64,000 nt of DNA from the NCBI GenBank assembly GCA_037440465.1, contig JBBIUB010000002.1, forward strand, positions 9,705-73,704, given 5' to 3'. The DNA is from Coprothermobacterota bacterium. Its GTDB lineage: Bacteria; Coprothermobacterota; HKB111. Numbering within the stretch: position 1 is the stretch's first letter; each line of letters opens with the position of its first letter. Made by a program: the position numbers and the translations under genes. The notes under the pieces are model-generated. The model ran no database searches. It worked only from the letters and a program-made list of their open reading frames with translations, and was not told where the DNA came from. Below, one piece after another: positions 9,883-20,209 of this stretch.

Positions 9883-10779
9883 CTAATAAGAGGTGTTGGG
9901 GTTGTGTTTCCCTAAACGAACTATGGCTCTAAGCTTGGTTCCTACCCCCACTCTACTATCTATTTTGAACTCATCAGAATTTTTTTTGATATTTGATAAA
10001 CCCATACCAGCTCCAAATCCCATTTCACGAATATAATCAGGAGCAGTACTGAACCCCTCTTGGATTGCCAGACTGATATCAGGAATACCAGGTCCTTTAT
10101 CTTCTGCCAGAATCTCTATTTTATCTGTATTTATGTTTGCTTTAAGAACACCTTTATCGGCATAAATAACAATATTCATCTCTGCTTCATAAGCGATAAT
10201 CCCAATTCTGCGAAGTTGATCTGGGGAAATTGATAGCTTCTGAAGGGATTTTCTTAATTGTAAAGCAGCGTTACCAGCGTGGGTAAAATCTTTTCCGAGA
10301 ATCGGGTAGGCATAACTTATTATTCCCTCCGAAGAGGCTTCATTCTTAGACTCTTGTTGGTCAAATACCTCTTGCAGAAAGGAAAATAAAGACCACCAGT
10401 ATATCATACCTATTACCTTAAAATCATCGTCCACAACAGGTAGTCTGCCAAACTTAAATCTGTTCATATCGCGAAGAGCATCAAGCAAAGTATAATGTTT
10501 TGTAACAAATTTAGCAGGTGTACTCATATATTTACTTACAGGTGCTTCTAAATCCTTATTCTCCAGGCAGTTGATAAGATCACTCATAGAAAGAATACCG
10601 AGAAGATGACCATCATCATCAGTGGTCGGGATGCCATCAAGCCTTCTAAGTCGCATCAATTCTTTAGCATGACGCATTTGCCAATAAGGAGTAACCCGGG
10701 GTATATTCTTCACCATGGCTTTTTCAACATTCAAAGAAAGCGTATCTTTTTCTATATCTTTATGCACCTTTGATTCCAC
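9883..10779 (-). CDS. CBS pair + GHKL ATPase (anti-sigma factor type Ser/Thr kinase; HfsD-like)
   Basis: N-terminal CBS pair; C-terminal half with RsbW/SpoIIAB-like ATPase features (GFGAGMGL G-box). Confidence 0.65.
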   Translation of the reverse strand: MESKVHKDIEKDTLSLNVEKAMVKNIPRVTPYWQMRHAKELMRLRRLDGIPTTDDDGHLLGILSMSDLINCLENKDLEAPVSKYMSTPAKFVTKHYTLLDALRDMNRFKFGRLPVVDDDFKVIGMIYWWSLFSFLQEVFDQQESKNEASSEGIISYAYPILGKDFTHAGNAALQLRKSLQKLSISPDQLRRIGIIAYEAEMNIVIYADKGVLKANINTDKIEILAEDKGPGIPDISLAIQEGFSTAPDYIREMGFGAGMGLSNIKKNSDEFKIDSRVGVGTKLRAIVRLGKHNPNTSY

Positions 10780-11113
10780 AATAGTAGAGAATTCCGCATG
10801 TTTCGTATAGTGATTTATTAGTTAAAATGAGTGGAATATCCAAATCTTTAACTAAATTAACCACCGAATCATCAGGCTTTTTACCACCTACAAGAACAAT
10901 AGCGATCATATCCATCATCTCAGCGGTCCTGACCATTTGAGGGCTACATAAAGCAGTTATTAAAAGAGCTCCTGATGTTGGAGAAGCTAAAACATCACTC
11001 ATAAGATCTGCAGCCCAAGCCCTTTCAACCTCGATACCAAGGCTTACGCTACAATGAAATATTTTACCATCTATCTTTGCAATTATTTGATTGAGTTTCA
11101 AGGTCATCCTCAC
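10760..11113 (-). CDS. DRTGG domain protein
   Basis: 117 aa paralog of 8170..8529. Its predicted start overlaps the valS 3' end by 50 nt. Confidence 0.55.
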   Translation of the reverse strand: MRMTLKLNQIIAKIDGKIFHCSVSLGIEVERAWAADLMSDVLASPTSGALLITALCSPQMVRTAEMMDMIAIVLVGGKKPDDSVVNLVKDLDIPLILTNKSLYETCGILYYCGIKGA

Positions 11114-13745
11114 CTAAATAGTTTATTATTTCTTCTATCTTATTAACTTGTTTTTCTAAATCCATAGCTTTTAACTTATAATCCTCCACAGTTTGAGGAT
11201 TCGCTTTCTCAATAAACATCTGGTTTGCAAGATCCTTTTGAATTTTATTTAGATCTTCTCTTAACTTTAATAACATTTCACTTAAGCGATTCTTTTCTTC
11301 ATTAAGATCTACTAAACCTTTTAGATTGACAAATATTGATGTTCCCCTTACAACCTGGGTAGCTGTATGTTTAGGTAATGTATCTAATTCGCAAGTTATC
11401 TTAAGCTCCTGCACTCCTGCTAATGCATTTATTACAGGTGAACCTTCAATAAGAGTTTCATATTCAAAAGCATCTGTTGGGTGCAAAATAACACTTATTT
11501 TTTTATCTGGCTTTATCTTGAAAAGACTTTTTATATTCCTCAACGCAGTAACCGCATCAAATATATATGATACTTTATTAATAGAACTCTCAGATTCTGA
11601 GATAGGAATTTCTTTTACCCATTTTTGTTTTATCAAAGGCACTTTCTCTTCAGGATAAAGGTTATGAAAAATATGTTCGGTAATAAACGGAATAACAGGA
11701 TGAAGCATAACGAGAATGGTTTTCAAAACATAACGGAGAATTGATGAAGTATCTGCTGTTTCCTTTTTAAGTTTTGCAATTTCAATATACCAATCACAAT
11801 AATCTTTCCAGAAGAAATCTTCTAATACTTTAATATAATTACTAAAATCAAAAGCTTCGAGTTTTTTATTGGCTTCTTTAACTACTCTGGATAAACGGGT
11901 TAAAATGAACTGGTCAAAAATATCAAGGTTTGAAGAACTTTGAAAAAGGTCTTCTCCATTATTTTCCTTTGTTACGGAAATTACAAATCGAGAAGCATTC
12001 CATAGTTTATTCATAAAATTTCTACTATGAATTAGATAGGGCTTTCTCAAAGTAATATCTTGCCCCCCAAGAGTATTCAAAGAAGACAGGGTAAACCGTA
12101 AGGCATCAGTACCATATTCATCTGCTAATGCCAGCGGATCTAAGACATTACCCAATGATTTTGACATTTTCCTACCTTTTTCATCTCTAACAAGTCCATG
12201 TATGTATACATATTTAAATGGCGGTTTATTTGTAAGTTCGAGCCCACTCATTATCATTCTTGAAACCCAGAAGGTTATAATATCGTAACCAGTAACCAAC
12301 ACGGTCGTTGGGTAAAAATATTTTAAATCTTCTGTATCAGATGGCCAGTGAAAAACTGAAAAGGGCCAGAGTGCAGAGCTAAACCAGGTATCTAAGACAT
12401 CTTCAACTTTCTTGAGCTCACCGGAACAACATTTAGGACAGTTAATAGGTTCGGTCTGTTGAACCAATAATTCGCCACAAGGTTCACAAATCCAGGCGGG
12501 TATTCTATGGCCCCACCATAATTGGCGCGATATGCACCAGTCTTTAAGATTTTCCATCCAATCTAAATATACCTTAGTCCATTTTTCAGGGATAAAGATA
12601 ATCTCACCATCGCGCACCTTCTCTATAGCTGCCTTTTTAATCTCATTAACTTTCAAAAACCATTGTTCTGAGAGTAATGGTTCAATTAAAGTGTCGCACC
12701 TGCTGCATCTTCCTGGAGAATAGAGATAAGGCTTTTCTTCTAAAATGCGTCCTTCAGATTTAAGGTTACTTATTACTTTTTCTCTGGCTTCCAGGACTTT
12801 AAGACCAGAATATTCTTTTCCACCATTTTCAGTTATCAACCCATCAACACCTACAACAGATATAAGATCCAGGTTATGCCTCTGACTGATATCATAATCT
12901 AAGAAGTCGTGTGCTGGAGTTACCTTTACTACCCCAGTTCCAAAATTAGGGTCTACATCTTCATCAGCTACTATCGGAAGTATTCTACCGATTAGAGGAA
13001 GTATTGCATACTTACCTTTAAGAGATTTATACCTTCCATCTTCGGGATGAACCGCTAAGGCTGTGTCACCCAACATCGTCTCGGGACGTGACGTGGCTAC
13101 ACTTACTTCTCCTCCATCCTCAAGAGAGTAAAGAATATGATAAAGAATACCGTTAGTTTCCTCTTTTTCAACTTCTATATCAGAAATTGCGGTGGAGCAC
13201 CTCGGGCACCAGTTTATTAAATATTTTCCTCTATATATATATCCTTTCTCATACATCCTTACAAAAAATTTTATAACAGCCCTGGAGCAGATTTCATCCA
13301 TGGTGAACCTTTCTCTGCTCCAGTCACAGGAAGCTCCCAACCTTTTGATTTGAGAGGTAATTATCCTACTATATCTTTCTCTGAACTCCTGCATCCGCTC
13401 TAAAAAGGCTTCATGGCCAATCTGTGTTCTATGGATTCCCTCTTTACTTAGCTCTTCTTCAACGACATTCTGTGCAGCTATGCCGGCATGGTCAAGACCG
13501 GGCACCCAGAGAGTTGGCTTACCTTTCATGCGGTTGTAACGAATTAATATATCCTGCAAAGTAATATCCAGGGCGTGCCCCAGATGAAGAGAACCTGTAA
13601 CGTTAAGTGGGGGTATAACTATTACGAATGGAGTAACACCTTCCTTTATTTCAGGCAAGAAGTAATTCCCTCCTTCCCAAAAGAAGTACCATTTATCCTC
13701 AATATCTTTATGATTATAACGTGTAGATAACTGCATATTGCTCAC
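11064..13745 (-). CDS. valS: valine--tRNA ligase
   Basis: 893 aa class I aaRS with HLGH-type HIGH (PPLNVTGSLHLGHAL) and KMSKS (KMSKSLGN) motifs, the ValRS editing domain and a C-terminal coiled coil. Confidence 0.95.
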   Translation of the reverse strand: MSNMQLSTRYNHKDIEDKWYFFWEGGNYFLPEIKEGVTPFVIVIPPLNVTGSLHLGHALDITLQDILIRYNRMKGKPTLWVPGLDHAGIAAQNVVEEELSKEGIHRTQIGHEAFLERMQEFRERYSRIITSQIKRLGASCDWSRERFTMDEICSRAVIKFFVRMYEKGYIYRGKYLINWCPRCSTAISDIEVEKEETNGILYHILYSLEDGGEVSVATSRPETMLGDTALAVHPEDGRYKSLKGKYAILPLIGRILPIVADEDVDPNFGTGVVKVTPAHDFLDYDISQRHNLDLISVVGVDGLITENGGKEYSGLKVLEAREKVISNLKSEGRILEEKPYLYSPGRCSRCDTLIEPLLSEQWFLKVNEIKKAAIEKVRDGEIIFIPEKWTKVYLDWMENLKDWCISRQLWWGHRIPAWICEPCGELLVQQTEPINCPKCCSGELKKVEDVLDTWFSSALWPFSVFHWPSDTEDLKYFYPTTVLVTGYDIITFWVSRMIMSGLELTNKPPFKYVYIHGLVRDEKGRKMSKSLGNVLDPLALADEYGTDALRFTLSSLNTLGGQDITLRKPYLIHSRNFMNKLWNASRFVISVTKENNGEDLFQSSSNLDIFDQFILTRLSRVVKEANKKLEAFDFSNYIKVLEDFFWKDYCDWYIEIAKLKKETADTSSILRYVLKTILVMLHPVIPFITEHIFHNLYPEEKVPLIKQKWVKEIPISESESSINKVSYIFDAVTALRNIKSLFKIKPDKKISVILHPTDAFEYETLIEGSPVINALAGVQELKITCELDTLPKHTATQVVRGTSIFVNLKGLVDLNEEKNRLSEMLLKLREDLNKIQKDLANQMFIEKANPQTVEDYKLKAMDLEKQVNKIEEIINYLGEDDLETQSNNCKDRW

Positions 13746-13781
13746 CTCATAGTTTTCTTTAATTTAATAATAATACTACAA

Positions 13782-14426
13782 TCAAAACATCATTTGCCAC
13801 TTAGCAACTTCTTTCAATATTTGGTAGTACATATACATACGGTAAGCAAAACCTTTTTTAAACCCTATTTTTTCTTCTTTTGTTACCTGAGATGAACCTT
13901 TTAGAAATACAACTTTTTCTTTTAACCCTAATTTCCTTACAAGTAAATATAGAAGAGTCTCAAAGGCATAACCTTTATGCTGAAGTTTGTCTTTATACTC
14001 CAGTATAATCCTTTTTCTAATACCTCTTTGCCCTGAGAGAAAAGGAGTAAGCCATTGAGCCAGGGTAGTATTAAGTCTACCACCCAGAAATATGCCCAGA
14101 GTAGTATCAGCAGTTCCATTGATAATTGGATAGAGCATTTCATTGATGTGTTCTTTAGTTAGCCCTATCAAGTCTGCATCAATTAATAAAACTATTTCAT
14201 AAATACTGAGTTTAACCCCTGCAATGATGGCATCACTCTTCCCCTTATTTAAACAAAGGGTTACAACATTTGCACCGTGATAATTTGCTACTTCTGATGT
14301 TTTATCAGTTGAGCCATCGCTTACTACAATAACCTCTCCAACAAAAAAAGAGGAAAATGCGGCATCTATAACATGTCCAACCCGTGGCTCCTCGTTATAT
14401 GCTGGTATTACTACTGAAACCTTCAA
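13782..14426 (-). CDS. glycosyltransferase family 2 (dolichyl-phosphate sugar synthase-like)
   Basis: MKVSVVIPAYNEE start, then VIVVSDGSTD and DAD-like motifs. Confidence 0.7.
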   Translation of the reverse strand: MKVSVVIPAYNEEPRVGHVIDAAFSSFFVGEVIVVSDGSTDKTSEVANYHGANVVTLCLNKGKSDAIIAGVKLSIYEIVLLIDADLIGLTKEHINEMLYPIINGTADTTLGIFLGGRLNTTLAQWLTPFLSGQRGIRKRIILEYKDKLQHKGYAFETLLYLLVRKLGLKEKVVFLKGSSQVTKEEKIGFKKGFAYRMYMYYQILKEVAKWQMMF

Positions 14427-15450
14427 ACAATACCTCCTGTAGATAAGCTAAGGCATTTTCTTCTGTCATAATACCTATATTTTTCCCCTTCATAAAAAAA
14501 AGAAGACCCTCTTTAGTTCCAGCTAACCCAATATCTGCTTCTCTCGCTTCGCCGGGACCGTTAATCTCACAACCCATAACTGCAATTTTTACTGGCTTCT
14601 TCACATCTTTTGATATTTCCTTGATAACCATGGCCAGATGTAAGATGTCTATTCTTTTTCTCCCACATCCAGGACATGAAATTAAATTAACACCAATTTC
14701 ATTTAAACCAAGGCTTCTTAGAAGATGAACACCAACCTCAACTTCTCTGAGTGCCCCATCTGTAAGAGAAACTCTTATTGTATCCCCTATTCCCAAAAGT
14801 AGTAGATGACCTATACCCAGAACAGATTTAACTACACCCTGGAGACCAAACCCAGCCTCTGTTAATCCAATGTGAAGAGGGTAGTCCGTTAGAGAAGAAA
14901 TAGCTTTATATATATCAATACTTCGATTTACATCAGAGTCTTTCACTGAAATCATAAGTGATCTCTGCCCAACTCCCTCCATAACTTCAACTGCCCTTAA
15001 GGTTTCTTCCTCCATTGCTTTAATTAAGCTTCTATTTTTCAAAGGGAGAGACCCTGAGTTAAGCCCAATACGTACAGAAACACCATAATCCAATGTAGCT
15101 TTTCCAATATCCTTTAAACCTTTTAAAGGGGTATTACCTGGATTTACTCTAACCATAGCAAAACCTTTTTTTGCTGACTGAATCCCCAAATTTGGATTAA
15201 TGTGAACATCAGCTATCACAGGTAAAAAAACTTTATCTTTTATCTTTGAAAAGGTTTCAACTTCATCAAGTGTATTTACTGCAACTCTTTGAATGTTAGC
15301 ACCAGCCAATCTAACTTGAGTAGTCTCTTCAAGAAAAGTATTAATATTATCAAGACTTGACCTTGACATTGTTTCAATTAATATAGGGCTTCTTTCCCCG
15401 ACTGAAATACCCCCTAATTTAATCTTTTGACTTTTTCTCTTTTCAATCAC
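14395..15450 (-). CDS. ispG: 4-hydroxy-3-methylbut-2-en-1-yl diphosphate synthase (flavodoxin)
   Basis: 351 aa GcpE family. TIM-barrel N-terminus and C-terminal CPGCGR Fe-S motif (LISCPGCGRK). Confidence 0.9.
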   Translation of the reverse strand: MIEKRKSQKIKLGGISVGERSPILIETMSRSSLDNINTFLEETTQVRLAGANIQRVAVNTLDEVETFSKIKDKVFLPVIADVHINPNLGIQSAKKGFAMVRVNPGNTPLKGLKDIGKATLDYGVSVRIGLNSGSLPLKNRSLIKAMEEETLRAVEVMEGVGQRSLMISVKDSDVNRSIDIYKAISSLTDYPLHIGLTEAGFGLQGVVKSVLGIGHLLLLGIGDTIRVSLTDGALREVEVGVHLLRSLGLNEIGVNLISCPGCGRKRIDILHLAMVIKEISKDVKKPVKIAVMGCEINGPGEAREADIGLAGTKEGLLFFMKGKNIGIMTEENALAYLQEVLFEGFSSNTSI

Positions 15451-16448
15451 TTAAAGAAGAGACCTTTAAGCTCCCTTAGAGAAACTACAGCCAGAATGGA
15501 CATTAAAAAAACAAAACCTATAAGATTAACAATTCCCAATACTCTCGGGTTTGGGCGTTTTTTAGTAATAGACTCATAAATAAAAGTGATAACATAACCA
15601 CCATCAAGCGCAGGGAAAGGAAAGAGATTAATTGTAGCAAGGTTAGCACTTAATAAAGCCATAATGAAGAGAAGGTATAGTATTCCAGCTCCGTAAGCTC
15701 TACTAACAACCTGAGCAATTCCCACTGGACCAAGAAGCTCAAGTGGGGTTCCTTTGATTATATAAGATAAAATAGCTCCTATAATAGAGATGGAGGCAGA
15801 TGCTGTTCTTAGGAAGCCAAGATAAATTGCTGATATTGGAGATGTTTTTTGAAATGCTGGGAAAACTCCTATCATTCCAACTTGTCTTACTGAATCAAGG
15901 GTCGGGACTATCTTTACTTGAATAATTTCATCATTTCTATTAATTGTAAAAATAAGCTCCTTTTCAGGATTATCATTTACAATACTGACTAATTCCTTCC
16001 ATGATTGAACATCTTTACCATCTATTGCAACAACTGTATCTCCAGGCTTTAATCCTGCTTGTTGAGCAGGCATTCCTGAAACAAAGCCACTAATAGTGGT
16101 AGTAGGATTTAAGGGGTCACCATATATAAGGATTACACAAAACAAAATAAAAGATAAAATATAGTTCATGAAAGAACCACCTAATACCACTTTCATCCGT
16201 GACCAGGGAGAACCAGCAATAAAACCAGTCTCTTCTTCAAAAAGTCCTTCCACCTTAGCATAACCACCAAAAGGTATCATGCCAATAGAAAAAACAGTTT
16301 CGGCTTTTTTAGTTTTATATATAGCTGGACCAAGGCCAATCGAGAATCTGCTTACCTTGAAACCTTCTTTTTTTGCTAATAAGAAATGCCCAAACTCATG
16401 AATGCCCACTAATAACCCAAAAACAAATAATACAGCTAATATATTCAC
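15447..16448 (-). CDS. rseP: RIP zinc metalloprotease RseP (site-2 protease, M50)
   Basis: HEFGHF zinc motif near the N-terminus, a central PDZ domain and a C-terminal LDGG motif. Confidence 0.9.
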   Translation of the reverse strand: MNILAVLFVFGLLVGIHEFGHFLLAKKEGFKVSRFSIGLGPAIYKTKKAETVFSIGMIPFGGYAKVEGLFEEETGFIAGSPWSRMKVVLGGSFMNYILSFILFCVILIYGDPLNPTTTISGFVSGMPAQQAGLKPGDTVVAIDGKDVQSWKELVSIVNDNPEKELIFTINRNDEIIQVKIVPTLDSVRQVGMIGVFPAFQKTSPISAIYLGFLRTASASISIIGAILSYIIKGTPLELLGPVGIAQVVSRAYGAGILYLLFIMALLSANLATINLFPFPALDGGYVITFIYESITKKRPNPRVLGIVNLIGFVFLMSILAVVSLRELKGLFFK

Positions 16449-17248
16449 ATTAATGCCTTATTAATAATTTTTGTAAATAGATAAAAGCCAAGAAACACAA
16501 AAACCAGGCTATCAATACGGTCCAAAAAACCACCGTGACCAGGTAAGAGGTTTGAAGAATCTTTTATACCATATGCTCTCTTTATAAAGGATTCGCACAA
16601 ATCTCCCAGTGTAGCCAGCGGAGCTGTCAAAATTGCCAGTAATAATTTAATAAAATTATCGTTAATTTGAAAATAAGATCCAATTAATAGTGAGACAACT
16701 ATTACTATAAGAACTCCTCCAATAAATCCTTCCCAGCTTTTTTTTGGTGAAACATTAGGTGATAAAGGGTGTTTACTCCATATTTTTCCAATGAAATATG
16801 AACCTGAATCAAAACTCCAGGTTAGAATAAAAGCCATAAGAGCAAGGTTAGAATCCACCATTTTTAGCAAAAGAATAAAAGGTAAAAGAAAACCAAGATA
16901 CAACAATCCTGCCATAAATTGCCCCAGAATATTTTTCCCTTCTGGTGGTATTGTAGAGAAAAAAAGACTTATCAGTATTATCACGGCACTAATCGCCCAT
17001 AAGATAGGACTCAAATCATTTCTTTGAATGAATAATAGATATAGGTTAACTTCGAAGACCATGAACCCTGATAATACTAAAAGGGAAGGTATCTTTATCC
17101 CTCCCATTTTGCTTATTTCCCACCATGTTATTCCAAGAACTATGGCTAAAAGAGAGTATAAAATACGACTATCAGGATGCCATACTGCAAATAGAACTAA
17201 CGGGCCTAATAAAAGTGCTGTTCCTATTCTTTGAGTAAGTTCCCTCAC
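16445..17248 (-). CDS. cdsA: phosphatidate cytidylyltransferase
   Basis: 267 aa polytopic protein of the CTP_transf_1 type, directly downstream of frr. Confidence 0.85.
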   Translation of the reverse strand: MRELTQRIGTALLLGPLVLFAVWHPDSRILYSLLAIVLGITWWEISKMGGIKIPSLLVLSGFMVFEVNLYLLFIQRNDLSPILWAISAVIILISLFFSTIPPEGKNILGQFMAGLLYLGFLLPFILLLKMVDSNLALMAFILTWSFDSGSYFIGKIWSKHPLSPNVSPKKSWEGFIGGVLIVIVVSLLIGSYFQINDNFIKLLLAILTAPLATLGDLCESFIKRAYGIKDSSNLLPGHGGFLDRIDSLVFVFLGFYLFTKIINKALM

Positions 17249-17805
17249 GACACCTCCATTATCTCCTTTTCTTTAGCTTTTTGCACATCATCTGCTATCA
17301 AGATATATTTATCTGTCAGTTTTTGTATCATCTCTTGAATTCTATAAGAAAGGTCTTCAGATAATTTACCTTTTGTTTGAGCATCTTTTAAATGCTCATT
17401 CTGATTTCTCCTAATAGATCGGATAGCTACTCTGGAATCTTCAACTTCCCTATGGACAAATTTAACAAGTTCTTTTCTTCTTTCTTCTGATAAAGGAGGA
17501 AAAACCAGTCGGATATTATTTCCATCATTAGCTGGAGTTATTCCTAATTCTGATTTTAAGATAGCTTTTTCGACTTCTTTCAATAAAGTTTTATCCCATG
17601 GTTGGATTAGGAGAGTACGCGAATCAAGAGTTGTAACCTGGCAGAGTTGAAGTAAAGGCGTTGGTACATCATAATACATAACAGTTATTTTTTCTAATAA
17701 ACGAGGATTAACTCTCCCTGCTCTTATAAGTGAAAGATTTTCTTTAAGCTTCAATATGGACTTATTCATAAGTACTTCTGTTTCATCAAGAATTTCCTTT
17801 TCCAC
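17245..17805 (-). CDS. frr: ribosome recycling factor
   Basis: 186 aa; RRF family; position pyrH-frr. Confidence 0.9.
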   Translation of the reverse strand: MEKEILDETEVLMNKSILKLKENLSLIRAGRVNPRLLEKITVMYYDVPTPLLQLCQVTTLDSRTLLIQPWDKTLLKEVEKAILKSELGITPANDGNNIRLVFPPLSEERRKELVKFVHREVEDSRVAIRSIRRNQNEHLKDAQTKGKLSEDLSYRIQEMIQKLTDKYILIADDVQKAKEKEIMEVS

Positions 17806-17810
17806 TTATA

Positions 17811-18542
17811 TCACCTCTCTTCCCCTATCTTCGTGCCGATATTTTCACCCATAATAACTTTTGTTATGTTTTGAGGGTCATCTATGTTAAAAACAATAAT
17901 TTTAAGTTTATGGTCTCGTGAAAGTGAAACAGCTGTTGCATCTATAGCATTTAGAGTCCTTGCAAGGATTTCTGTGTATGATATTTCATCATATTTATAT
18001 GCATTTAGTTCAATATTTGGATCAGCTGTGTAAACACCATCTACTTTATTTTTTGCCATTAACAAGGCGTCAGCTCCAATTTCTACAGCCCTCAAGGCAG
18101 CCGCAGTATCTGTAGTAAAGAACGGATTGCCAGTTCCAGCTGCAAAAATTACTATTCTTCCCTTCTCTAAATGTCGGATTGCTCTTCTTAAAATAAATGG
18201 TTCTGCTACTTCTCTCATTTCTATTGCTGTTAGAACCCTTGTTTGGATTCCTTTTCCTTCCAGTACACCCTGGAGGGCAAGGGCATTAATTACTGTAGAT
18301 AGAATACCCATGTAGTCAGAGGTAGCTCTACTAATACCAAATTCATCTCCTTGTTTACCACGCCAAAGGTTACCACCACCCACAACTATTCCAACCTCTA
18401 CTCCCATTTTAGAAAGATCAACTATTGAAGCAGCAATTCCTTGGAGTGTATCGTGATGTATACCGCTTTCTTTTGACCCAGAAAAAGCTTCCCCACTTAG
18501 CTTTAGTACTATTCTCTTAAACAAAGGTATTTTAGTTTTCAT
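17811..18542 (-). CDS. pyrH: UMP kinase
   Basis: 243 aa; KLSGEAF and VVGGGN motifs. Confidence 0.95.
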   Translation of the reverse strand: MKTKIPLFKRIVLKLSGEAFSGSKESGIHHDTLQGIAASIVDLSKMGVEVGIVVGGGNLWRGKQGDEFGISRATSDYMGILSTVINALALQGVLEGKGIQTRVLTAIEMREVAEPFILRRAIRHLEKGRIVIFAAGTGNPFFTTDTAAALRAVEIGADALLMAKNKVDGVYTADPNIELNAYKYDEISYTEILARTLNAIDATAVSLSRDHKLKIIVFNIDDPQNITKVIMGENIGTKIGEER

Positions 18543-19128
18543 TAGCCTTAAAACGTATAAATCTCTTAATAATTATATTTTCACCAGTCCTGGCAATAAC
18601 TTCTTTTATTAGATCTTCAATCTTTTTATTGTTATCTTTAATAAATACTTGTTCAAGTAGACAGCTGTTTTTATAGAAATTTTCTACTTTCCCATGGGCA
18701 ATCTTTTCTAAAACATCAGGAGGCCTGCCTTCTGTTTCAGCTTGAGCTTTATATATTGCAAGTTCCTTTTCAATTACTTCAGTGGGAACATCCCCTCTCG
18801 AAATATAAACAGGAGTCATTGCTGTTATCTGAAGAGCAATATCTTTAGCCAAGTCTCTAAATTCTGGGGTTCTTGCCACAAAATCAGTTTCACAACTAAG
18901 CTCTAACATCACCCCGACCTGTCTGTCATGATGAATATAGGCTTCTATTATTCCTGCTTTAGTTAATCTTGACATCTTTTTTATTGCCTGGGTTAAACCT
19001 TTCTTTCTTAAGAGTTCTGCAGCTTTATTTATATCACCATCCATTTCTTCCAGAGTTTTTTTACAATCAAGAAATCCCGCTCCAGTCATTTCTCTTAATG
19101 TTTTTACCTGTTCTGATGTAACGATCAT
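18532..19128 (-). CDS. tsf: translation elongation factor Ts
   Basis: 198 aa; the LRE.TGAG..DCKKAL N-terminal motif. Confidence 0.95.
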   Translation of the reverse strand: MIVTSEQVKTLREMTGAGFLDCKKTLEEMDGDINKAAELLRKKGLTQAIKKMSRLTKAGIIEAYIHHDRQVGVMLELSCETDFVARTPEFRDLAKDIALQITAMTPVYISRGDVPTEVIEKELAIYKAQAETEGRPPDVLEKIAHGKVENFYKNSCLLEQVFIKDNNKKIEDLIKEVIARTGENIIIKRFIRFKANEN

Positions 19129-19925
19129 ATAATAGAATCCTCCTCTTTTACTATATAATCATCCTCGGTAATCACAGTCTCTAATGAAATTATCTCTTCT
19201 ATTTCTTCAGGCCTGTCTTCTTTTGTAGTTCCTTCTAATTGAAGACCTTGCCTTCCTTCAATAATTGCATCAGCCATAAGACTTAAAATTAATCTTATAG
19301 CTCTAATGGCATCATCATTACCTGGTATGGGGATGGTTACTCCTGTTGGGTCACAGTTTGTATCAACTAAAGCAATTACAGGTATGTTTAATTTGTTTGC
19401 TTCTCTTATGGCTATCTCTTCTTTTTTTACATCAACTACTACTATAGTTTTCGGTATTTCTTCCATACCCAGAACCCCTGTAAGATTCCTTTCTAATTTC
19501 TTTAAAACAGTCATCTGGTGTTGGCGTTCTTGTATAGGAAGACGATTAATTTCACCATTATTTACTATTTCTCTTAATGTTTTTAGTTTTTCTATCCTGC
19601 TTCTAATGGTAGTAAAATTTGTTAGAAGTCCACCTAACCACCTTTCATTTACATAAAAGGCTCCTGCTTTTTGTGCTTCTTCAGAAACTGCGCCTTGTGC
19701 CTGCCTTTTGGTTCCTACAAAAAGAACTGAACCCCCGGAAGATGAGATATCTTTTATAAATGAATATGCTTCTTCTACTTTTCTCTTGGTGATTTGAAGG
19801 TCAATAATGTGAATACCATTTCTCTCTGAAAAAATAAAACTCTTCATTCTTGGTTCCCATCTCCGAGTCTGATGTCCGAAGTGAACCCCTGCTTCCAGCA
19901 ATTGTTTAAGTGTTACAACGCTCAA
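19125..19925 (-). CDS. rpsB: 30S ribosomal protein S2
   Basis: 266 aa; [15 protein letters not shown] signature. Confidence 0.95.
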   Translation of the reverse strand: MSVVTLKQLLEAGVHFGHQTRRWEPRMKSFIFSERNGIHIIDLQITKRKVEEAYSFIKDISSSGGSVLFVGTKRQAQGAVSEEAQKAGAFYVNERWLGGLLTNFTTIRSRIEKLKTLREIVNNGEINRLPIQERQHQMTVLKKLERNLTGVLGMEEIPKTIVVVDVKKEEIAIREANKLNIPVIALVDTNCDPTGVTIPIPGNDDAIRAIRLILSLMADAIIEGRQGLQLEGTTKEDRPEEIEEIISLETVITEDDYIVKEEDSII

Positions 19926-20209
19926 AAAAGTACCTCCTTAAGGTTTTTTAGCCTCCACTTTTTTCTTTTTTTCCTGTTGCGGTTTTTACAAAACCGACCT
20001 AACAAGAAAATCTAAAAGTGTGCGTTTTGTTTAATAGTATAACACGAAGTTTCAAAATTAGTGAACTGTAAGGATTCAAGGGGTGAATCTTCGAATCCTA
20101 CTCTTTAAGGTGTTCAGTAAAAAGAACCTGCCTGGGCTCTATTTTCAGAAGGAGGGGGTGAGAGAGGAGGTGGTATAGGGAAGAACCCAGGCAGGATAAT
20201 AGTTATAAA

